Shown: one piece after another, positions 37,256-40,581 of the stretch
How the letters are laid out: the number at the start of each line of letters is the position of its first letter
Numbering within the stretch: the stretch's first letter is position 1
IMG/VR virus record: IMGVR_UViG_3300032320_001173
Span: 1-40,581 of that record
Length of the DNA stretch: 40,581 nt
Reading direction: 5' to 3' (one strand)
DNA from: a virus
Lineage: Duplodnaviria; Caudoviricetes
Program-made: the position numbers and the translations under genes
The notes under the pieces: generated by a model
What the model saw: the letters and a program-made list of their open reading frames with translations, nothing else
What the model was told of the DNA's origin: nothing
The model's database searches: none

Positions 37256-37513
37256 CTATTCTTTTAAACTGTTATTGTGTATTTCAATTAAATACTCTAC
37301 AGTTTCTTTATTGACTTCACCCATTTGAATTATTTGGTACTCCATTTCTTCACCATCATCAGTAAAAATTAGAGGCGGGTCACATTTTATAGTTCTGCAC
37401 CAACAATTTTCTCCTTGTGTGCATACACCTACAACCCATTTTCGTTTAAACGATTCTTGTTTTGCTTCTTGGTAATTCATAGCCTTAAATAAGTTGTTAT
37501 TTTGAACAGTCAC
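37256..37513 (-). CDS. Small Cys-containing hypothetical protein
   Basis: KW....C.QGE.CWCR.I; start may be ATG 37480. Confidence 0.65.
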   Translation of the reverse strand: MTVQNNNLFKAMNYQEAKQESFKRKWVVGVCTQGENCWCRTIKCDPPLIFTDDGEEMEYQIIQMGEVNKETVEYLIEIHNNSLKE

Positions 37514-37758
37514 TCTCTTCTATGTTTAAAACATTGTTGAGTGTGAGGTTGACATGTATTTGGTAAAAAAGTTACTTCTTTACCAAATTTAGTACAATTA
37601 CCATACTGTACTCGTGAATTAGATTTTTCTTTTTGACCTGTTTTAGTTGTGAATAGGTAATCAAATGATTTGAACTTTTCTAAGTCCCTAACCATGTACG
37701 TGCAATCATTACAGTTGCAGTCAATTTTCTGAAGTTCAAATACGCTGTCTTTGTCCAT
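37510..37758 (-). CDS. Small Cys-rich (putative metal-binding) protein
   Basis: DCNCNDC...GNC...NTCQ...QCF. Confidence 0.7.
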   Translation of the reverse strand: MDKDSVFELQKIDCNCNDCTYMVRDLEKFKSFDYLFTTKTGQKEKSNSRVQYGNCTKFGKEVTFLPNTCQPHTQQCFKHRRE

Positions 37759-37793
37759 AGCTGTTTATCGTTTTATTGACGTCAAAAAGGTAA

Positions 37794-37900
37794 TAAAAAC
37801 ACACGGGAGATTTTTTTTGCAGCCTTCCGACGTAGCTGCTTTCTACTGGTGGCCAAATCCAGAAACTAACCTTCTCAGTGAAAGTACCATGTGTTTTTAT
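37794..37900 (-). ncRNA. Putative multi-stem RNA domain 3' of tRNA-like element 2
   Basis: 11-bp closing stem ATAAAAACACA/TGTGTTTTTAT enclosing several hairpins including GCAGC-TACGTCGGAAG-GCTGC. Confidence 0.5.
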
Positions 37901-37902
37901 AG

Positions 37903-38022
37903 TGACCGGGGCAGGATTCGAACCTGCGAGCAGCTCACTCCTGAGCGAACAGCTTTTTTGTTTAAAGTGTGGTTCGCCTTACCACATTGCAGTTTTCACC
38001 CACCGTTGGGTTTTACCCGGTC
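37903..38022 (-). tRNA. tRNA-like element 2 (non-canonical, about 120 nt)
   Basis: Acceptor GACCGGG/CCCGGTC-A-CTA; T arm GCAGG-TTCGAAT-CCTGC; variable-arm-like GCTCA-GGAG-TGAGC; D-like ACCC-AACGGT-GGGT; expanded centre. Confidence 0.65.
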
Positions 38023-38023
38023 A

Positions 38024-38094
38024 AAAACCGCCCCACTCCACCTACATTAGCGTGTCTGTTGGAAACAGACCATTCGGTGGTTGCAGAGCGGTTA
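38024..38094 (-). other. Long interrupted hairpin after SSB-like gene (terminator or small RNA)
   Basis: AACCGCTCTGC..CCACC..GTCTGTT-TCC-AACAGAC..GGTGG.GTGGGGCGGTT followed by TTT. Confidence 0.5.
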
Positions 38095-38099
38095 AATTG

Positions 38100-38927
38100 T
38101 TAGAACGGTAAATCTGAAGGAGTTTCTGTAGCTTCTACACCATCTAAACTAGATTCTTTAGCTAAATCTAAAGAGGGTGTAAAACTTCTGAAAGTAATGT
38201 CTTTACTTTCAAGAGATTCCAGAGGCTTCAACAAACCGTCAAGAGCTTTAATAATTCGTGTAGGTTTAATACTTTCTACAGAATCGAAAGCTTTGCTGAA
38301 TACACGCATGTATTTGTCTTTCTGCACATAGCAGAGACATTTTACTTCGCGTGTAACAGTAGTAGGATTACCAAAAGTGTCTTTTGCCATAAAAGAAGGA
38401 GAACTTGTAATGTACTCCCTCAATTCTGATACATCACCTGAAGCAATCTTAGACCAATCTGCAAAACCTACTTCAGCATCATCTGAGTAAGTATCGAGAT
38501 TACCAAGACCGATAAAGAAGTTAAGTAAATCTTCTTCACCTTCGAATGCAGGTCGACTTGCACCTTTGTTTTTAAACCATTCTTGTAACATAGAAGGTTC
38601 TTCAGCCCATGAAAACACGCCTGCTTTACTTGCAAATTGTGTTTTACCTGTCTGAGATTTACGAACTCGATTAGAAACTAAAAATTCTACGTTAGTAAGA
38701 ATTTTGTCGCCTTCAAGACCGATACCTTCTAAAAAGATTACAATCTTAGTCCACATCTTTTCGCCGAGTTCAAGATTGGTATATTGACGAGTAGACTCAG
38801 CTTCAATACCAATAGACTTTAAATCAGCTACTGTAGGATTAATAAGTACAGGGCGTAAAGGTGTTACACCTGTGTACAATTTGCGGACGTAAGAAGAGTT
38901 TTGTTTAGCGTTGTTTAAGCCAGCCAT
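38100..38927 (-). CDS. Putative single-stranded DNA-binding protein (crAss-type)
   Basis: RKLYTG...INPT N-terminus; acidic tail ending SDLPF; near a Sak4-like ATPase. Confidence 0.7.
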   Translation of the reverse strand: MAGLNNAKQNSSYVRKLYTGVTPLRPVLINPTVADLKSIGIEAESTRQYTNLELGEKMWTKIVIFLEGIGLEGDKILTNVEFLVSNRVRKSQTGKTQFASKAGVFSWAEEPSMLQEWFKNKGASRPAFEGEEDLLNFFIGLGNLDTYSDDAEVGFADWSKIASGDVSELREYITSSPSFMAKDTFGNPTTVTREVKCLCYVQKDKYMRVFSKAFDSVESIKPTRIIKALDGLLKPLESLESKDITFRSFTPSLDLAKESSLDGVEATETPSDLPF

Positions 38928-39244
38928 TATGCAGGTACGTTATCAAAACTTGGGTTAAAAGTTGATGCAGCAGAAGGATTTTCTTCTGTAGCAGTTTTAG
39001 CTACATCAGTAACTTCTGATAAATCATCTACAAGAATCAAATCTTTTTCTGCACGTTTAGCTGCTTTTTCAGCTTCAATGGCAGATTGTTTAGCAGTTTT
39101 AACCTGCTCAAACTTCTCAGCTACTGCTGGATTACTAACGAGAGTCTTGTACTGTTTGGCACTCAAAGCAAACATTTCTCTGATTTCTTTTTTGGTGTTG
39201 CCAGCTTCGATAGCTGCGAACACCGCGCTTAGTGTTAATTGCAT
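38927..39244 (-). CDS. Hypothetical protein (possible N-terminal HTH)
   Basis: ORF between ATPase and SSB-like gene. Confidence 0.65.
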   Translation of the reverse strand: MQLTLSAVFAAIEAGNTKKEIREMFALSAKQYKTLVSNPAVAEKFEQVKTAKQSAIEAEKAAKRAEKDLILVDDLSEVTDVAKTATEENPSAASTFNPSFDNVPA

Positions 39245-39257
39245 ACTGTTTTGTAGT

Positions 39258-40037
39258 TTACTTTTTTAATGAGAGATAAATGTCATCCCAATGTGTAACA
39301 AGGGATGCATCTTTCAATTCCGAGATTAGTACTTTACCAGTAAGATGTGCAGCTCGGCTACCTGCAACACTACCATCGTTAGATTCAAATGACAAATACC
39401 CTAAATTTTTCTCACGTACGAATTTCGCTATGCCGCTCACCCTACTTGGCAAAATTCGTTTCAATTTACCTGTTAAATCTACTTCTGTGGCTGTAATGTA
39501 GTCATCACCTACTTGTCCTACATACTTGTCTTTAATGTGTGCAACAAGTACAATTTTAGGTGCTAATGTAGACAGGGTTTCAATAGTTTCTAAAAACCAT
39601 TCTCTTGAAAATCTGTAACCTGCGCCGTTAGCAAGTGAATGTACACTTTCCCAATCGGGATTGTCGTGTGTTATCTGTTTACCGTCTTTACCTAAATTAA
39701 ATCTTTTACCTTGAGAAGTACGCATATAATTATACGTACCTACAATTTCGGACCATTCATCTAACTTAGTAACCGTATCTATAATAAGCATATCATAGAT
39801 AGGTCCTTTTTCCTTCATTGTAACTATAAATTCGTTGAGTTTTTTAGGCCCATCAATATCAATTTTTCTAGCTGATAAATAATCATAACCATTAGGTTCC
39901 AATGAGAGTACTAAAGCGTTAGACTCTTTGGTTAACTCTGCACAAATAGCCGATTTACCTTGTTTAGGTTCACCGTAAATAATTAGGGTGATTGGGTCTA
40001 CTTGTTTAACTGGTGTTATTTCTGTTGGTAATTCCAT
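39258..40037 (-). CDS. AAA_24/Sak4-like ATPase (putative single-strand annealing recombinase)
   Basis: Walker A YGEPKQGKS, Walker B LIIDTVT, GAGY, LVAH.KD. Confidence 0.85.
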   Translation of the reverse strand: MELPTEITPVKQVDPITLIIYGEPKQGKSAICAELTKESNALVLSLEPNGYDYLSARKIDIDGPKKLNEFIVTMKEKGPIYDMLIIDTVTKLDEWSEIVGTYNYMRTSQGKRFNLGKDGKQITHDNPDWESVHSLANGAGYRFSREWFLETIETLSTLAPKIVLVAHIKDKYVGQVGDDYITATEVDLTGKLKRILPSRVSGIAKFVREKNLGYLSFESNDGSVAGSRAAHLTGKVLISELKDASLVTHWDDIYLSLKK

Positions 40038-40057
40038 AAAATGTAATTTTCTTATAG

Positions 40058-40089
40058 CAAATATAATAAAATAAACCTATAATAACAAA
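40058..40089 (-). promoter_or_regulatory. Bacteroidota sigmaA promoter (-33 TTTG / -7 TAnnTTTG) for the recombination/replication genes
   Basis: Minus strand TTTG (40089-40086), 20-nt spacer, TATATTTG (40065-40058), 20 nt upstream of ATG 40037. Confidence 0.75.
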
Positions 40090-40107
40090 GGATTTTATCA
40101 ATAATCT

Positions 40108-40440
40108 GTATCAATCAGGAACCACCCTGATTCGCACAATGTTGTTATGTTAGGTCACTACCTTTTAAATCATTTCGAACCATAACAACTACGACAGCAT
40201 ATTACTATGTTGAAGGCAATAGATTTTAAAACAACTGCTGCCTTCTAAGTAAGGTAATCTTAATCCGTTAGCCACCAATGTAAGAGTTCGAATACAGCCA
40301 ATATCTCTTACGGCTTCTTGTGCAATTTGATTACATTAACCCAAACCACTCACATCTTAGAAATGTGAGAATAACAGGGGTAGGCGACTCCCTTCGTCCT
40401 ATGAGTGAACTTTGTTACTTGTTTGTAGTTAATCAGCAGT
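40108..40440 (-). ncRNA. Putative large structured ncRNA 3' of tRNA-like element 3
   Basis: No ORF in the track. Nested inverted repeats: TTGCACAA/TTGTGCGA, GTAAGAG/CTCTTAC, GAAGGCA/TGCCTTC, GTTGTTATG/CATAACAAC, CTCACAT/ATGTGAG, AATCAGG/CCTGATT. Confidence 0.55.
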
Positions 40441-40447
40441 TGTTTAG

Positions 40448-40552
40448 TGGGGTAGATGGGATTCGAACCCATTTAGGAAGCTATCCTTTATTTCCGATAT
40501 TACTCTCGGTTTCAACCGATACTCAGTGTCAAACTGAACAAGAACTTACCCC
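40448..40552 (-). tRNA. tRNA-like element 3 (non-canonical, 105 nt)
   Basis: Acceptor GGGGTA/TACCCC-A-CTA; T arm ATGGG-TTCGAAT-CCCAT; centre has three short hairpins instead of canonical D and anticodon arms. Confidence 0.6.
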
Positions 40553-40556
40553 GTTT

Positions 40557-40581
40557 GTAGTCAGGACAGGATTCGAACCTG
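40557..40581 (-). tRNA. 3' end of tRNA or tRNA-like element 4 (truncated by the window)
   Basis: CAGG-TTCGAAT-CCTGTCCTGACTAC: T arm plus 3' acceptor strand. Confidence 0.6.

Noticed and set aside
37751-38111. + strand ORFs of 99 aa and 77 aa
   Set aside because: Antisense to tRNA-like element 2; TGAGFEPA is the usual translation of a reverse-complemented T arm.
15930-39501. Short + strand and alternate-frame ORFs within the minus-strand block (e.g. 16996-17178, 19527-19835, 35293-35586)
   Set aside because: They overlap well-supported genes and have non-protein-like composition.
37057-40440. Hammerhead ribozyme or group I/II intron in the structured non-coding segments
   Set aside because: No complete CUGANGA...GAAA core or intron catalytic motifs found by eye, and no interrupted host gene.
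40448-40552. tmRNA (5' GGGG...TTTGAC resemblance)
   Set aside because: Only 105 nt between acceptor strands, no G3-U70 pair and no tag reading frame.
1-40581. Stop-codon reassignment (TAG=Gln or TGA=Trp) as in some crAss-like phages
   Set aside because: Very long ORFs are intact in the standard code, TAG and TGA end clear genes, and no suppressor tRNA is visible.

Overview
AT-rich fragment of a crAss-like (Crassvirales-type) Bacteroidota phage genome that reads cleanly in the standard code. The + strand (1-15667) holds the end of the virion/ejection-protein cassette: a 5'-truncated large protein, a 2640-aa single-chain two-barrel RNA polymerase (GSDYDVDK), a ferritin, a putative ADP-ribosyltransferase cargo protein and a 1352-aa protein with a PD-(D/E)xK-like domain. 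The convergent - strand block (15689-40581) encodes replication and nucleotide-metabolism genes (PolA, primase, DnaB-like helicase, SSB-like, Sak4-like ATPase, exonuclease, resolvase, ThyX, dCMP deaminase, dNTP diphosphohydrolase, macrodomain, DnaA-CTD protein), rIIA/rIIB, a GH73 hydrolase and about 7 kb of small mosaic ORFs. Two signals stand out. (1) The four large cargo proteins contain only six cysteines in about 5,050 aa, all within five residues of a terminus, in an order that would allow a head-to-tail disulfide chain. (2) Four tRNA-like elements keep the acceptor stem and T arm; the three complete ones have non-canonical cores and are each followed by a separate structured RNA domain. 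All family assignments come from motif recognition by eye; no searches were run.
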